From a virus, in the IMG/VR virus record IMGVR_UViG_3300031722_000008, positions 64,001 through 128,000 of that record: DNA of 64,000 nt. One strand, given 5' to 3'. This document shows positions 16,511-26,282 of this stretch, one piece after another. The stretch's first letter is position 1. Each line of letters starts with the position of its first letter. The position numbers were made by a program, and so were the translations under genes. The notes under the pieces were generated by a model. It saw only the letters and a program-made list of their open reading frames with translations, made no database searches and had not been told where the DNA came from.

Positions 16511-16738
16511 ATGAAAATAGTATTAGTTAAAGAGCAAGGAACAGTTAGAATACTAGAGGGTAAAGGTAAAGTAGATGGCAATGCGCTAGCATTGAGGTCT
16601 AAGTTTGCTGGTGGAGATTTGAAATACTATGAGTTAGATTATGAAGAGAGAGAAGGGTGTCCATTAGAGGGATATATAGTGGTATTGAATGAGCATCCTA
16701 ACCTGCTTAACACATCTAAGATGATAAGGGAGTTGTAA
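16511..16738 (+). CDS. Hypothetical protein
   Basis: AGGAGG RBS. Confidence 0.65.
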   Translation: MKIVLVKEQGTVRILEGKGKVDGNALALRSKFAGGDLKYYELDYEEREGCPLEGYIVVLNEHPNLLNTSKMIREL

Positions 16739-16743
16739 TATCT

Positions 16744-17091
16744 ATGGGGGTATGCAAAATTGAATTATTAAAAAATATAATCAAAGAAAGTATCAGTAAC
16801 AAGTGTAAACTACTAGAGGATAGAAAATTAAAAAATCTTCATAAAAGAATGAGAGAAGAGTTAAGCACATTAAATACTTTAAATAGTATAATAACAGATA
16901 TTGATAGTGAATGTTTCTATACTATTACGAATGGTGATAAATATTTAAACTCAAGTATCACAAAGAAAGATACAGGGGATATATGTGAAGCCATGAGATT
17001 CAGAGAAGAAGATGGAGCAAAAAGATTTAGTTCAACATTAACTGATGATTATAAACCAGTAAAGGTAAGTTTTATTATCAGTGATATTTAA
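16744..17091 (+). CDS. Hypothetical protein
   Basis: Packed operon. Confidence 0.6.
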   Translation: MGVCKIELLKNIIKESISNKCKLLEDRKLKNLHKRMREELSTLNTLNSIITDIDSECFYTITNGDKYLNSSITKKDTGDICEAMRFREEDGAKRFSSTLTDDYKPVKVSFIISDI

Positions 17092-17097
17092 AGAAAG

Positions 17098-17508
17098 GTG
17101 GCAAATAATATGATATCAACAAAAAGAGTAGCTGAAATTTTAAGCGATTGTTTCTTAAAGAAAGAGGAAATTGTAGATGATAAACCAATCATTGAACCTA
17201 TTTATGTAGAGAGTATTAAAATAACATTTGGACTTCATCCAGAAAGAATCAAGGCACACGCAGAAGAAATTGGTACTATGGTAAATGAACTTCCAGATAA
17301 ATTTAAGGAGGGGAGTTCATTCTTAGATATGTGCATAACGAAAGATGGTAAGCTCTGGACAGGCTTTCAACAACAAATGGAACAATTAATGATACTTGGT
17401 GTTGCTGCTGGAAAGTTAGAATATTGCGCTCCTAAAAAGGATTGGTATGCACTTCCTGGTGGTATGCCATATGTAAGGATTACTAAGGAGAGTAAAGATG
17501 AAGAATAG
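17098..17508 (+). CDS. Hypothetical phage protein
   Basis: FGLHPERI...GGMPY; packed operon. Confidence 0.7.
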   Translation: MANNMISTKRVAEILSDCFLKKEEIVDDKPIIEPIYVESIKITFGLHPERIKAHAEEIGTMVNELPDKFKEGSSFLDMCITKDGKLWTGFQQQMEQLMILGVAAGKLEYCAPKKDWYALPGGMPYVRITKESKDEE

Positions 17509-17839
17509 GGTACCAATAGAAAAATTCTTTGAATTGACTGATGAGCAAATATTTGGGCTTTTTAAAACTATGTCATTTATCTCCTTGAATTTAAAAACAC
17601 CCGAAGATATAGGTAAAGCAAGAAGAGTTTTTGTAAATATGGGAGTAACTCATACTGCAATAGATGCATTACACCATGGATTAAATATGACAACTATTTT
17701 AGATATCCTTACTAAAAATCATACAGTTAAAGCAATGGAGCAACAATGTATTATTCATAATGAACCAGACTACGGATTCAAATGGTATATAGAATTATTC
17801 CACGACATCGACGTTCCCCTTGTAACTGCAGAAGATTAA
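17498..17839 (+). CDS. Hypothetical protein
   Basis: AAGGAG RBS. Confidence 0.65.
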   Translation: MKNRVPIEKFFELTDEQIFGLFKTMSFISLNLKTPEDIGKARRVFVNMGVTHTAIDALHHGLNMTTILDILTKNHTVKAMEQQCIIHNEPDYGFKWYIELFHDIDVPLVTAED

Positions 17840-17863
17840 GAATTAATATATGCTTTATGGGAG

Positions 17864-17891
17864 TTGTTAAAGAAAGTATATATAGTATAAT
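17864..17891 (+). promoter_or_regulatory. Possible host sigma-A promoter
   Basis: TTGTTA-16-TATAAT upstream of 17921. Confidence 0.35.
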
Positions 17892-17920
17892 TATATTATT
17901 ATACACAAAGGAGTGAACTT

Positions 17921-18337
17921 ATGGATAACAATAACAATATTAATATTGATCAAGCAATGAATGGGTTAACATTGTGGCATGGAGAAATCTCTAGCTTCGA
18001 CAACAACGTAAGAGATGAAACGGATAATCTTAGGATAGTATGTTTAAATCTGCAAATGGAAGGCAGTAGATATCAAATACCAACAATAGAACCAATAGCA
18101 AAAAACCTTGCTGCTACTATTGTAAAATTAAATACCCAATGCAATCTATTAATAAATAAAGGTAGAAAAGAATTGGGGGAATTTACTAAATTCATATTTG
18201 ATTATATAAAAGAATGTCAAAAAGAAATACAATTATTAAAGACAGAAATAAACAGCTCATATGAAAGAAATGAATTACTGGCTAAGGAAAATGCAGAGCT
18301 TAAAAAAGAAATAGAGGAATTAAAGAATAGACAATAA
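17921..18337 (+). CDS. Coiled-coil hypothetical protein
   Basis: AAGGAG RBS; C-terminal heptads. Confidence 0.7.
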   Translation: MDNNNNINIDQAMNGLTLWHGEISSFDNNVRDETDNLRIVCLNLQMEGSRYQIPTIEPIAKNLAATIVKLNTQCNLLINKGRKELGEFTKFIFDYIKECQKEIQLLKTEINSSYERNELLAKENAELKKEIEELKNRQ

Positions 18338-18368
18338 TAACGTGGGCCATATGGCCCACGTTATTATT
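18333..18368 (+). terminator. Terminator, perfect 36-bp palindrome
   Basis: AATAATAACGTGGGCCAT|ATGGCCCACGTTATTATT. Confidence 0.75.
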
Positions 18369-18382
18369 TTGCCCTTTATATC

Positions 18383-18398
18383 GTATAAGATATTAAAG
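18383..18398 (+). promoter_or_regulatory. Conserved phage promoter-like motif
   Basis: GTATAAGATATTAAAG plus full cassette leader. Confidence 0.7.
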
Positions 18399-18422
18399 AA
18401 TAAAAGAAAGAGAGTGATAAAT

Positions 18423-18782
18423 ATGAATTTTGAAGAAAAATTAAAAATGTTCGGTATAGGAGCAATAGTAACAAGTTTAACAGGAATAATATGTACAGCA
18501 ATAATAACAGGAAATGCAAAAGAAAAGGAGCAAATAATAAAGGATAATGATTTAGAAAGAGTTGAAATAGAAAGACAAAAGAATGATTTGAGTTTAAGTT
18601 ATATAAAGTGTAAAGAAACAAAAGAGAAGTTAGAAAAGAGAGAATTAGATTTAAAGAGTAAAGAAGTAGATTTAAAAGAAAGAGAGAACCATGTAAAAGT
18701 GTGTGAGCAGAATTTAGAGTGTTCAATTAGGGATATGAAAAATTATATAAAATATGAATTGAAAGAGAAAAAAGAAGAATAA
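18423..18782 (+). CDS. TM-anchored coiled-coil protein (cassette family)
   Basis: ATG after cassette leader; FGIGAIVTSLTGIICTAIITG then coiled coil. Confidence 0.75.
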   Translation: MNFEEKLKMFGIGAIVTSLTGIICTAIITGNAKEKEQIIKDNDLERVEIERQKNDLSLSYIKCKETKEKLEKRELDLKSKEVDLKERENHVKVCEQNLECSIRDMKNYIKYELKEKKEE

Positions 18783-18783
18783 A

Positions 18784-18808
18784 AAAAGAAGGCGATGAGC
18801 CTTCTTTT
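18784..18808 (+). terminator. Intrinsic terminator
   Basis: AAAAGAAGGC-GATGA-GCCTTCTTTT. Confidence 0.7.
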
Positions 18809-18898
18809 AATTTAGGGGGCATTGTAACGAGAACAATAACATATGGACAATTTCATTATAACACGAGATTTTGTTTTTTTCAAAATATAGTTTTTCTT

Positions 18899-18914
18899 GT
18901 ATAAGATATTAAAT
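18899..18914 (+). promoter_or_regulatory. Conserved phage promoter-like motif with 5' hairpin
   Basis: GTATAAGATATTAAAT; 18908-18919 pairs with 18938-18949. Confidence 0.65.
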
Positions 18915-18967
18915 AAAGAAGAGTTAGGAAAATTCTATCTTTATTTAATTTTTTGCTTTAGAAAGGA

Positions 18968-19183
18968 ATGAGATTGATGATTAAAGTCTGTATTTGTTGC
19001 GCAGTGATAGGTGTTACACTAGAAATAGGTAACAGATTCTGTATCGCACGCAACGAAAAAAATCCTAGCAGTAAATATCGATTAATACAGAAAGGTATTA
19101 ATGGTACGCTAAAATATCTTAAAATGGGCGTTGGTTCCTATGCAGTTGTAAAAACTGGAATAAATTTAATGAAGGAGAGATAA
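18968..19183 (+). CDS. Small membrane-associated protein
   Basis: Hydrophobic N-terminus; AAAGGA RBS. Confidence 0.55.
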   Translation: MRLMIKVCICCAVIGVTLEIGNRFCIARNEKNPSSKYRLIQKGINGTLKYLKMGVGSYAVVKTGINLMKER

Positions 19184-19185
19184 TT

Positions 19186-19770
19186 ATGATTTTTGTAGCA
19201 TTAACAGGGTTATTAATAGGTTCAGTTGGAGGTTCAGTCATTGGGAATGGAATAAAAGTAAATGATGAAAACAAATTAAGAGTTGATTTCAAGAAAGGCT
19301 GGGCAGAATCAAATAGATATGGTCTTTTATCTGAATTATTAGTTACAGCAGCTTTTTGTGCGCTAAGTGGAGCAGGAGAAGTTGTTAATGAAGCATTTGA
19401 TGATACTAAGAAAGAATTATACGAAAGAAAAGATGAGATAGCAGGGAAAGTAGCTGATACTAGACTTGAAAAAGAAAAAAGCAGTATATTAAAGACTTAC
19501 AGTAGAATTTATAATGCTCAAGATCCCAATAATGAAATCAATTCAATATCTGAAGAACAAGGTATTGATAAGTTCAAACTTTATGGAATTAAATCATTAG
19601 AAGAGGGAGACATATGCAATATAATTGATGAGAAGAAAGAGGATTTAAAATCACTAGAGAACTTAACACTTGCTTATAGCTTTAATCATGCAATGAACTT
19701 TGATGATTTAGAAAGAATACAAAGAAGTTATAATTACGCAGAGGAAGAATACAACAAAATAAATAGATAA
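19186..19770 (+). CDS. Membrane-anchored hypothetical protein
   Basis: AAGGAG RBS; N-terminal Gly-rich hydrophobic helix. Confidence 0.7.
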   Translation: MIFVALTGLLIGSVGGSVIGNGIKVNDENKLRVDFKKGWAESNRYGLLSELLVTAAFCALSGAGEVVNEAFDDTKKELYERKDEIAGKVADTRLEKEKSSILKTYSRIYNAQDPNNEINSISEEQGIDKFKLYGIKSLEEGDICNIIDEKKEDLKSLENLTLAYSFNHAMNFDDLERIQRSYNYAEEEYNKINR

Positions 19771-19771
19771 G

Positions 19772-20248
19772 ATGACATTCAGGGGGATGAGTATTATGCA
19801 ATTTATATCAGATAAAGAATTCAAAGAAGCAGAAAAAATAGTTCAAGAGGAATTGGAAGATGCGTGGGAATTTAATGTCGGCGACTTATATATGTTAAAG
19901 AGTGATTTGGAAACAAATCCAGAGCATGCAAATATATATGCAGTTAGTCTAATCCAAAAAGAATTATTAGAAAAAGACTTTCCTCACTTAAAAAAAGAGA
20001 AGATGTTCCACCTTTGGACAGAAGGTGAACTTAGAACCTATATAGAAAAGAAAACAGGTAATTCGGTAGACCTTGATTATTTCGCTAATAACATTAAGTA
20101 TTCTAATGATGGATATAAGATAAGAAGATTTAATATTGAGAATGAGAAAACAAAATGTTATCCAAATTTAGGTCACAGCGCAATCCATGCTTATTGGCAA
20201 GTAACACAAAAAGTAGCAAGGATGGGAGGTGCGAATAATGGAAAATGA
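19772..20248 (+). CDS. Hypothetical protein
   Basis: Packed operon; start may be a downstream ATG. Confidence 0.65.
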   Translation: MTFRGMSIMQFISDKEFKEAEKIVQEELEDAWEFNVGDLYMLKSDLETNPEHANIYAVSLIQKELLEKDFPHLKKEKMFHLWTEGELRTYIEKKTGNSVDLDYFANNIKYSNDGYKIRRFNIENEKTKCYPNLGHSAIHAYWQVTQKVARMGGANNGK

Positions 20249-20468
20249 TAATCCTATATATATAGTTACTATAGTAGCTTATGAAAAGATCACTAATCTT
20301 CAACCTTTTTCAAGTCCTAGTCTTGCAGTAAATTTCCTAAATTCATGTATAAATACTCAATTTGAGACTCAGGATTTAACAGAGTATAAAATAAGAGATA
20401 AGCTTGCAACAACAGAATTTCGAGGAACAGATATCTTTATAAGGTTTATTAATGAGAATGCTAGTTAG
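20238..20468 (+). CDS. Hypothetical protein
   Basis: GGAGGTG RBS before MENDN. Confidence 0.6.
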   Translation: MENDNPIYIVTIVAYEKITNLQPFSSPSLAVNFLNSCINTQFETQDLTEYKIRDKLATTEFRGTDIFIRFINENAS

Positions 20469-20481
20469 GTCGTGATTCATA

Positions 20482-20916
20482 ATGAGGGGTACAGTTTTAT
20501 TTTTCAATAAGACTTATGGATTTATAAGGGCTGACAACAATGAACTAGAAGAAGATATTTTTTTTAGATATAAAGATATAATTACTGAGACTTCATTTAA
20601 GCAAGCTTCTCAAGGAGATATAGTTGAATTCGAAATAGAATTAGAGAAAGAGAGGCTCAAAGCTAAAGATGTTAAAATCATGGAAGAAATAATAAATGGA
20701 AAGAAAGTAATAAGGGTTTGTATATATCCAATCAAGGACAACACATTCCCTCTTTTTTCTTTCTATGAACAAGTGATATCTAAAACAGCAGTAGGACTAA
20801 AGCATGCCTTTATATTTAACGACAAAATTATCGCTACATCTGAAAAGATAGATAAGAATATGGCGATGGACATAATTAATAATAAAAATGATGATTATAT
20901 ATTTAAATTTATATAA
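20482..20916 (+). CDS. Cold-shock (OB-fold) domain protein with C-terminal extension
   Basis: MRGTVLFFNKTYGFI...DIFF...GDIVEFEI...A.DV matches the CSD RNP1/RNP2 pattern. Confidence 0.8.
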   Translation: MRGTVLFFNKTYGFIRADNNELEEDIFFRYKDIITETSFKQASQGDIVEFEIELEKERLKAKDVKIMEEIINGKKVIRVCIYPIKDNTFPLFSFYEQVISKTAVGLKHAFIFNDKIIATSEKIDKNMAMDIINNKNDDYIFKFI

Positions 20917-20933
20917 AAGGAGGAACTGATGAT

Positions 20934-21242
20934 ATGGCAATAGCAAAAAAAGAAAGATTCGAAAATAAAGGAATAAAACAAAAGCTAAATATTCCAGGAG
21001 CTAATTTTCCACCAGATAAAATAACTTATGGTGATATGAAGCTAACATTTTTAGGTACCTCAAATAAAGAAGATTTATTTCCACCAAGTACTCAAGATGC
21101 TGATTTAATAAATCCAATAATGGAGGGTAATATCGGACAGTATATTTATTCGGCACCAAATGCAGACCTATATGATTTACTTATCTATAAGGATGAAGTT
21201 GATCAAATATTCTTGCATAGCATAAAAACTAGACTGCAATAA
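20934..21242 (+). CDS. Hypothetical protein
   Basis: AGGAGG RBS. Confidence 0.65.
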   Translation: MAIAKKERFENKGIKQKLNIPGANFPPDKITYGDMKLTFLGTSNKEDLFPPSTQDADLINPIMEGNIGQYIYSAPNADLYDLLIYKDEVDQIFLHSIKTRLQ

Positions 21243-21255
21243 GGAGGCGGAGAAA

Positions 21256-22041
21256 TTGCCAAAAAAAATGACAGAACTTGAAAAGCGCAGGCAACGCACA
21301 CAAGAATTCCTAAATGAGCTTGGAGTAAAAATGCCAATCGTTAAATTCTCAACTCCAACGAAAGAGGCTGACCTAATTAACAACAAAAATTTCATTAGTG
21401 TAGCGAGTGAGATTATTTTTGATAAAGTAATGGATTCAGCAATGAACGAACCTAAACTGCACACAGCTGTATTTAAAAATTCATTCAAGAGGAAGTTTCT
21501 ATGTAAGACATGGGCAAAAACAAAACTTCCAATGATAACAAATAGTATTTATGCTGAAGTAATAAATACTCTGCAAGATACCATTATTGTTGATTCATTG
21601 GAAGGAGAAGAAAAAGAGTGGCTAGATGTAGACTATCCTCTTTACATGGTATGTGACAGTAAATACTTTCAATCAAACTTTTGGGAGTTCAGAGACCAAG
21701 AATTAAAAAGTATAGAAGTTGCTGCACAGGATTTTATTGATTATACATCACTACTTGTATGTAAATACATCTTTTCTTTTACAAGAGATTTAGATGATTC
21801 ATCTAAAGAGCAGATACTTGGGAATATAGGTGGACTTGATGACATAAGGAATGCTGTAAAAATAACATTCCTCGGTAAGCTACTATCATACAGTAGTGTC
21901 CTTGCATGGTATGATTCCTTTCTAAAACATTACGAAGTCTGTATACTGTTAGGGAAAGATGAATTTGAGAAAGGAGTTAGTAAGATTGAGGAAATGCCAA
22001 GAAGTAGAAGTAGAAATAGAAAGGAGAAAATAGTTAAATGA
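21256..22041 (+). CDS. Hypothetical protein
   Basis: AGGAGG RBS; 261-aa ORF. Confidence 0.7.
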   Translation: MPKKMTELEKRRQRTQEFLNELGVKMPIVKFSTPTKEADLINNKNFISVASEIIFDKVMDSAMNEPKLHTAVFKNSFKRKFLCKTWAKTKLPMITNSIYAEVINTLQDTIIVDSLEGEEKEWLDVDYPLYMVCDSKYFQSNFWEFRDQELKSIEVAAQDFIDYTSLLVCKYIFSFTRDLDDSSKEQILGNIGGLDDIRNAVKITFLGKLLSYSSVLAWYDSFLKHYEVCILLGKDEFEKGVSKIEEMPRSRSRNRKEKIVK

Positions 22042-22412
22042 GTAAAGTAGATTTAATAATAACTGAGAAACCAGTTCAAGATGTTGCGGTATATCCAGGA
22101 GGCGTTATTTATGGAGAAATAATTGTGGATGGTGAAATAAGAGATATAAATGATCCTACAATAATAATAACACCTGCAGTAAAAAAGAATAAGAGCCTCT
22201 TTATAGTTTCTTATGAACTTGGAGAGAAATTCATTCTTGTTGATTTAGAAGATAACATTGGTAATTTAGATGATAATGAATTAATTAGGGCAACACCTAA
22301 CATACTTATGTTTTCAGAAATAGTTACTGAATTAGTAAAATTATATCCTGGCTCTATATGGAAATATGCATCACATACAGATGTATCTATAGATTTAAAT
22401 ATATTGGTCTAA
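22038..22412 (+). CDS. Hypothetical protein
   Basis: AAGGAG RBS, ATGA overlap. Confidence 0.65.
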   Translation: MSKVDLIITEKPVQDVAVYPGGVIYGEIIVDGEIRDINDPTIIITPAVKKNKSLFIVSYELGEKFILVDLEDNIGNLDDNELIRATPNILMFSEIVTELVKLYPGSIWKYASHTDVSIDLNILV

Positions 22413-22449
22413 TAAAACAGGATTACATTGCGTAATCCTGTTTTATTTA
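22411..22449 (+). terminator. Intrinsic terminator
   Basis: AATAAAACAGGATTAC-ATTGC-GTAATCCTGTTTTATT. Confidence 0.7.
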
Positions 22450-22467
22450 TAAAAGGAGGGACTAATC

Positions 22468-22773
22468 TTGAGTAGAAAGCAATTAGATTTCAGTAGTGAC
22501 GAAGTAATTATTGATGTGCTTGGATGTGCGAATGGAGTTTATGGAGGTGGTATAGCTGTTCCAATAGATGGAGGACATCCATGTGGATGGGAATGGATAG
22601 ATTTCAAAGACGTTGAAGATATATTAGAGCATAAATTTGAAGATTGTGAAATAAGTGATGGTTGCAGCAATGGAGATTTCACAGATAAAACATTAAAAGA
22701 AATATTAAAAATAACAGAAGGCAAATTCGCATTCGAGGTAAATAGAAATTCTATAGATTGGGAAACAGATTAA
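22468..22773 (+). CDS. Acidic hypothetical protein
   Basis: AGGAGG RBS, TTG start. Confidence 0.65.
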   Translation: MSRKQLDFSSDEVIIDVLGCANGVYGGGIAVPIDGGHPCGWEWIDFKDVEDILEHKFEDCEISDGCSNGDFTDKTLKEILKITEGKFAFEVNRNSIDWETD

Positions 22774-22799
22774 TATTATAAAGAAATGGGGTACCAAAA

Positions 22800-23270
22800 A
22801 TGAAAATGCAAGAAGTAGGAACAATAATATTTACAAGTTTAGCTGTTGCGGAAAAAAATCTAAGAGATTTATTAGAATCAACAGAAGCTATTAAGGAAAT
22901 GAAAAATATTCTTTCTCATATGACAGAGAAGGAACAGGATGAGTTTTTATTAGACCCATCTAAGGTTAAAAAGGTTGAGCAAGCATTAGAGTATGCTTTT
23001 GGGAATCCTTCTGAAGATAAATTTATAGAGGCTATTAGTTCTTCCGCTGAATTGATCTCGGTTGACAATGCGCTAAATGAAATGATGCATAATTTCACCA
23101 AGGAGAAACGCATTCCAAACCCAAAAGCTATAGCAAGATTATCAAAATCTTTTGTCACATATATAGAGATACTCAATGATTTTTATGATAAGACACTAGG
23201 CGATAATAAAATCAACGCTATTAAAGAAGAATTCCTTAAAATGTTAATAGTTACCACAATAGAACTTTAG
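22800..23270 (+). CDS. Helical hypothetical protein
   Basis: ORF track; packed upstream of SbcD. Confidence 0.65.
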   Translation: MKMQEVGTIIFTSLAVAEKNLRDLLESTEAIKEMKNILSHMTEKEQDEFLLDPSKVKKVEQALEYAFGNPSEDKFIEAISSSAELISVDNALNEMMHNFTKEKRIPNPKAIARLSKSFVTYIEILNDFYDKTLGDNKINAIKEEFLKMLIVTTIEL

Positions 23271-23279
23271 GAGGGCATT

Positions 23280-24305
23280 ATGAAGATAATATATTTTACA
23301 GATCCACATGGAAAAGCAGGTAATCCATCAGTCCGTTTAGATAACTTTTCTGAAACAATTCTCAATAAATTCAAATATGTTGGGAAGTATGCTGAACAGA
23401 TTAAAGCAGCAGCTATACTTATTGGTGGAGATTTACTTGATACTCCCGATGTATCTCAAAACTTTATCAGTGAACTTTCTTATATAATACAGAATTATCC
23501 ATGTGAAACAGATGTGATACTCGGAAACCACGACATCTATGGATACAATCCCGAAACTTTCTTAAGAACATCATTGAACATTTCTAATAAATTAAATGCT
23601 TTTAATCGATTGGGTAAGGAACCTAAAGTTGTACAAAATATGCTTGAAGGTCCAATAGCTGCCATAACAGGTCAAGACAGCTACGTTCACTTAGATAAAC
23701 CTGAGAACATTGGAGATTATGCAGACTCAAAGGTAATTGATGGAGCAGTTAACATTCATATGGTACATGGAATGCTTGTAGAAAAAGTATGGCCACAGGT
23801 TAAGTATTGCACTACACTTGAGCAAGTTATGGAGGCTAATCCTAATGCAGATATAATACTAAGTGGACATGAACACACTGGCTATGGAATTAAAATATTT
23901 TACAGATCAGATGGAAGAAAAGTTATCTTCTGTAATCCAGGAAGTCTTGCAAGAGTTACATCTAGTACTGGAGACTTGCGTAAAGATGTAAGAATGGCTG
24001 TTATAACTATTGAGAATGGCGAATATGATATCGAGTTAGTAAATCTACCTCTTGATATTGCAAGACCTGCTAATGAGGTTATAGATTGGGAAAGAGTAGC
24101 TCTAGAAAAAGCTAATAAAGAAAAGTTACAGAACTTACTTACAAATATAAGTAAACCAGAATTAGCTACTGACCTAAATTACTTTGAAGCCCTAAATCAG
24201 TTAGTCGAAAGAAGTGAAGTTCCTATCGATGAAAGAGTTATAGCTGAATGTATAAAACAACTACAAGCAGCAGAAGAAGCATTAAAAATGGATAAAGAGG
24301 ACTAG
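23280..24305 (+). CDS. sbcD: SbcD/Mre11-like metallophosphoesterase (DNA repair nuclease)
   Basis: D-x-H, GGDLLD, GNHD, HG, GHEH, NPGS motifs; SbcC halves downstream. Confidence 0.85.
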   Translation: MKIIYFTDPHGKAGNPSVRLDNFSETILNKFKYVGKYAEQIKAAAILIGGDLLDTPDVSQNFISELSYIIQNYPCETDVILGNHDIYGYNPETFLRTSLNISNKLNAFNRLGKEPKVVQNMLEGPIAAITGQDSYVHLDKPENIGDYADSKVIDGAVNIHMVHGMLVEKVWPQVKYCTTLEQVMEANPNADIILSGHEHTGYGIKIFYRSDGRKVIFCNPGSLARVTSSTGDLRKDVRMAVITIENGEYDIELVNLPLDIARPANEVIDWERVALEKANKEKLQNLLTNISKPELATDLNYFEALNQLVERSEVPIDERVIAECIKQLQAAEEALKMDKED

Positions 24306-24336
24306 TATAAATTTTAAAAAGACTAGACAAAATGTA

Positions 24337-24350
24337 GTATAAGATATTTG
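24337..24350 (+). promoter_or_regulatory. Variant of conserved promoter motif upstream of abrB
   Basis: GTATAAGATATTTG: first 12 nt match consensus. Confidence 0.4.
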
Positions 24351-24392
24351 TAAGAGGAACAAACTATATAATAAAAAATGGAGGAATGAAGG

Positions 24393-24638
24393 ATGAAAGC
24401 AACAGGAATAGTAAGAAAGATCGATGAATTAGGAAGGGTAGTAATACCAATGGAATTAAGAAGGACTTTAGGAATTAAAGAAAAAGATGGAATGGAAATT
24501 ATGGTAGATGGAGAGAGTATTGTACTTAGAAAGTATGAACCAGCATGTATATTCTGCGCAGAAGCAGGAGACACAATAAACTATAAAGGAAAAAATATAT
24601 GTAATAAATGTTTTGAAGAAATTAAAAAACAAAAATAA
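24393..24638 (+). CDS. abrB: AbrB transition-state regulator, clostridial type with C-terminal CxxC pairs
   Basis: MKATGIVRKIDELGRVVIPMELRRTLGI...IVLRKYEPACIFC...ICNKC. Confidence 0.95.
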   Translation: MKATGIVRKIDELGRVVIPMELRRTLGIKEKDGMEIMVDGESIVLRKYEPACIFCAEAGDTINYKGKNICNKCFEEIKKQK

Positions 24639-24657
24639 AACAAATAGGAAGAAATAT

Positions 24658-24684
24658 TAAGGTGGAGTAAAATCCACCTTATTA
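24658..24684 (+). terminator. Intrinsic terminator after abrB
   Basis: TAAGGTGGA-GTAAAA-TCCACCTTA. Confidence 0.6.
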
Positions 24685-24719
24685 ACTTTGCTAAAATTTT
24701 TTGATGGGGGAATGTAAAA

Positions 24720-25457
24720 ATGAAACAAATGCAATTTAGAAGTAAAAGTGTAGCAGCACCAAAGGGACCACAAATGATAGGTAATAATGCTCTTAAAACT
24801 CAATTATTTAAGAGTGCAAGCGGTAAAGTAGTAAGTATGGACACTAAAAGAAAACTAAATACAAAATTAGATTTAAAAGCAAAGATGGCAAACAATAAAC
24901 CAGTATTTGAGACAGGAGATAATTGCAAAAACAGAACAGTGAAGAGAGGTTATTTAGGTTCTGATGAAGTTAATATTTTCATGAATATGTTTGCTTGTGT
25001 TCAATTGGTTGAGGGCGTTAGGAATTTAGAATATAAGGAATCTTCAGAAGCATGGGGTATATGGAAAGAAAAAGGCATTATAACTCCAGAGCAACAAAAG
25101 AACTTAAAGTTGTTTGTGACTTATGGAGCTAAATTTTTGAATGATGTTTTTAATAATAATCTTGATTCAGGAACAAAAGATTCTCTTAGTAAGAAATTAT
25201 TAAATTATGATTATAGAATTACTGACGATTATACATTAAGAAAAGTATATGCAATGTTTGAAGGTGATAAAGAATATAGCATATCGAAAGATAATTTCTT
25301 TGACATGGTTGAATCTAAGATGATAACTGATTGTAAGGGTTGCACTAAATGTAGAGATAATTGCGATACTTTTAAATTGTTCGATGATTATTTAGTTCCA
25401 CCAGTATCAGAAAATAGCGCTTGTACTCAACCTAACTGTGAGTATGCTTATGTATAA
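24720..25457 (+). CDS. Firmicutes phage protein with C-terminal Cys cluster (DUF5651-like, tentative)
   Basis: CKGCTKC...C...VP...C.YAY C-terminus; family call from memory. Confidence 0.55.
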   Translation: MKQMQFRSKSVAAPKGPQMIGNNALKTQLFKSASGKVVSMDTKRKLNTKLDLKAKMANNKPVFETGDNCKNRTVKRGYLGSDEVNIFMNMFACVQLVEGVRNLEYKESSEAWGIWKEKGIITPEQQKNLKLFVTYGAKFLNDVFNNNLDSGTKDSLSKKLLNYDYRITDDYTLRKVYAMFEGDKEYSISKDNFFDMVESKMITDCKGCTKCRDNCDTFKLFDDYLVPPVSENSACTQPNCEYAYV

Positions 25458-25809
25458 CGAAGAATGGGAGCAATCAATACAAATAGCAAGAGAGGCTGTA
25501 TGTAGGAACCCAGAATTTTACGAGATGTTTATGAAAGATCCTTTGTTTCGTAATGCTATGCAATTTCTTAATAGAAATAAAGTTAAGGAATCTGAATTAA
25601 TAAAATTAATCTATGATTTGTGTAAGAGTAACGAAGAGCTTACTCGCAAATTGATTGAGATTGATATAAAGAAACCAAGAGTATATATAATAGACAAAGA
25701 AATGTTTGTACCTTATAAGGGGGAATTAAATGAAAACAACGATAGAGGAAGTAGTAGCGAGAGCATTGAGACCCAAGAACAACTTAAAAGAGATACTTTC
25801 AAAGATTAA
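25438..25809 (+). CDS. Hypothetical protein
   Basis: Packed operon. Confidence 0.55.
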   Translation: MSMLMYNEEWEQSIQIAREAVCRNPEFYEMFMKDPLFRNAMQFLNRNKVKESELIKLIYDLCKSNEELTRKLIEIDIKKPRVYIIDKEMFVPYKGELNENNDRGSSSESIETQEQLKRDTFKD

Positions 25810-26068
25810 TCCTGAAACAATAATCGATGTAAAAATACCAAGAACAATAAATGGCTATGAGGTGTTTTTTTCATATATAACTATAAGAGGAAATAAAAAA
25901 GAAAACAAAAGGAAAGTACTCTTAGTAGAACATGATTTTTATCCTGGTCATTTAGAGAAAAAGTTTTATGAGTGGATAGATAAATACAATAAAGAACATG
26001 AGGGTAGGCCATATCTAAAGGTAAAGTTTCTTAGATATGAGTTCCTTGGTTCTATGATAGAAGATTAA
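25730..26068 (+). CDS. Hypothetical protein
   Basis: AAGGGGG RBS. Confidence 0.65.
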   Translation: MKTTIEEVVARALRPKNNLKEILSKINPETIIDVKIPRTINGYEVFFSYITIRGNKKENKRKVLLVEHDFYPGHLEKKFYEWIDKYNKEHEGRPYLKVKFLRYEFLGSMIED

Positions 26069-26282
26069 TATCTTCTATCATCATTTCCTTCTGATACCTC
26101 GGAGCTGAGGGTTGGTTTAGTGAAATAGATATTAACCAGTATCTATTTCACGTATATCTTGGCATAAACCGTAGAATGGATTCGCCTATGTATTTTGAAA
26201 GTAATATATCGAATTGCTCGAGAAAGTTTTAAAATCAAGTAAATCTTTTTTCCTTACTTAATTGGTAATAAATTAAGTAAGG
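26055..26282. other. Structured intergenic region with four or five hairpins upstream of the PAPS-reductase-like gene
   Basis: TGATAGAAGAT/ATCTTCTATCA; GTGAAATAGATA/TATCTATTTCAC; CCTTACTTAATT/AATTAAGTAAGG. Confidence 0.4.
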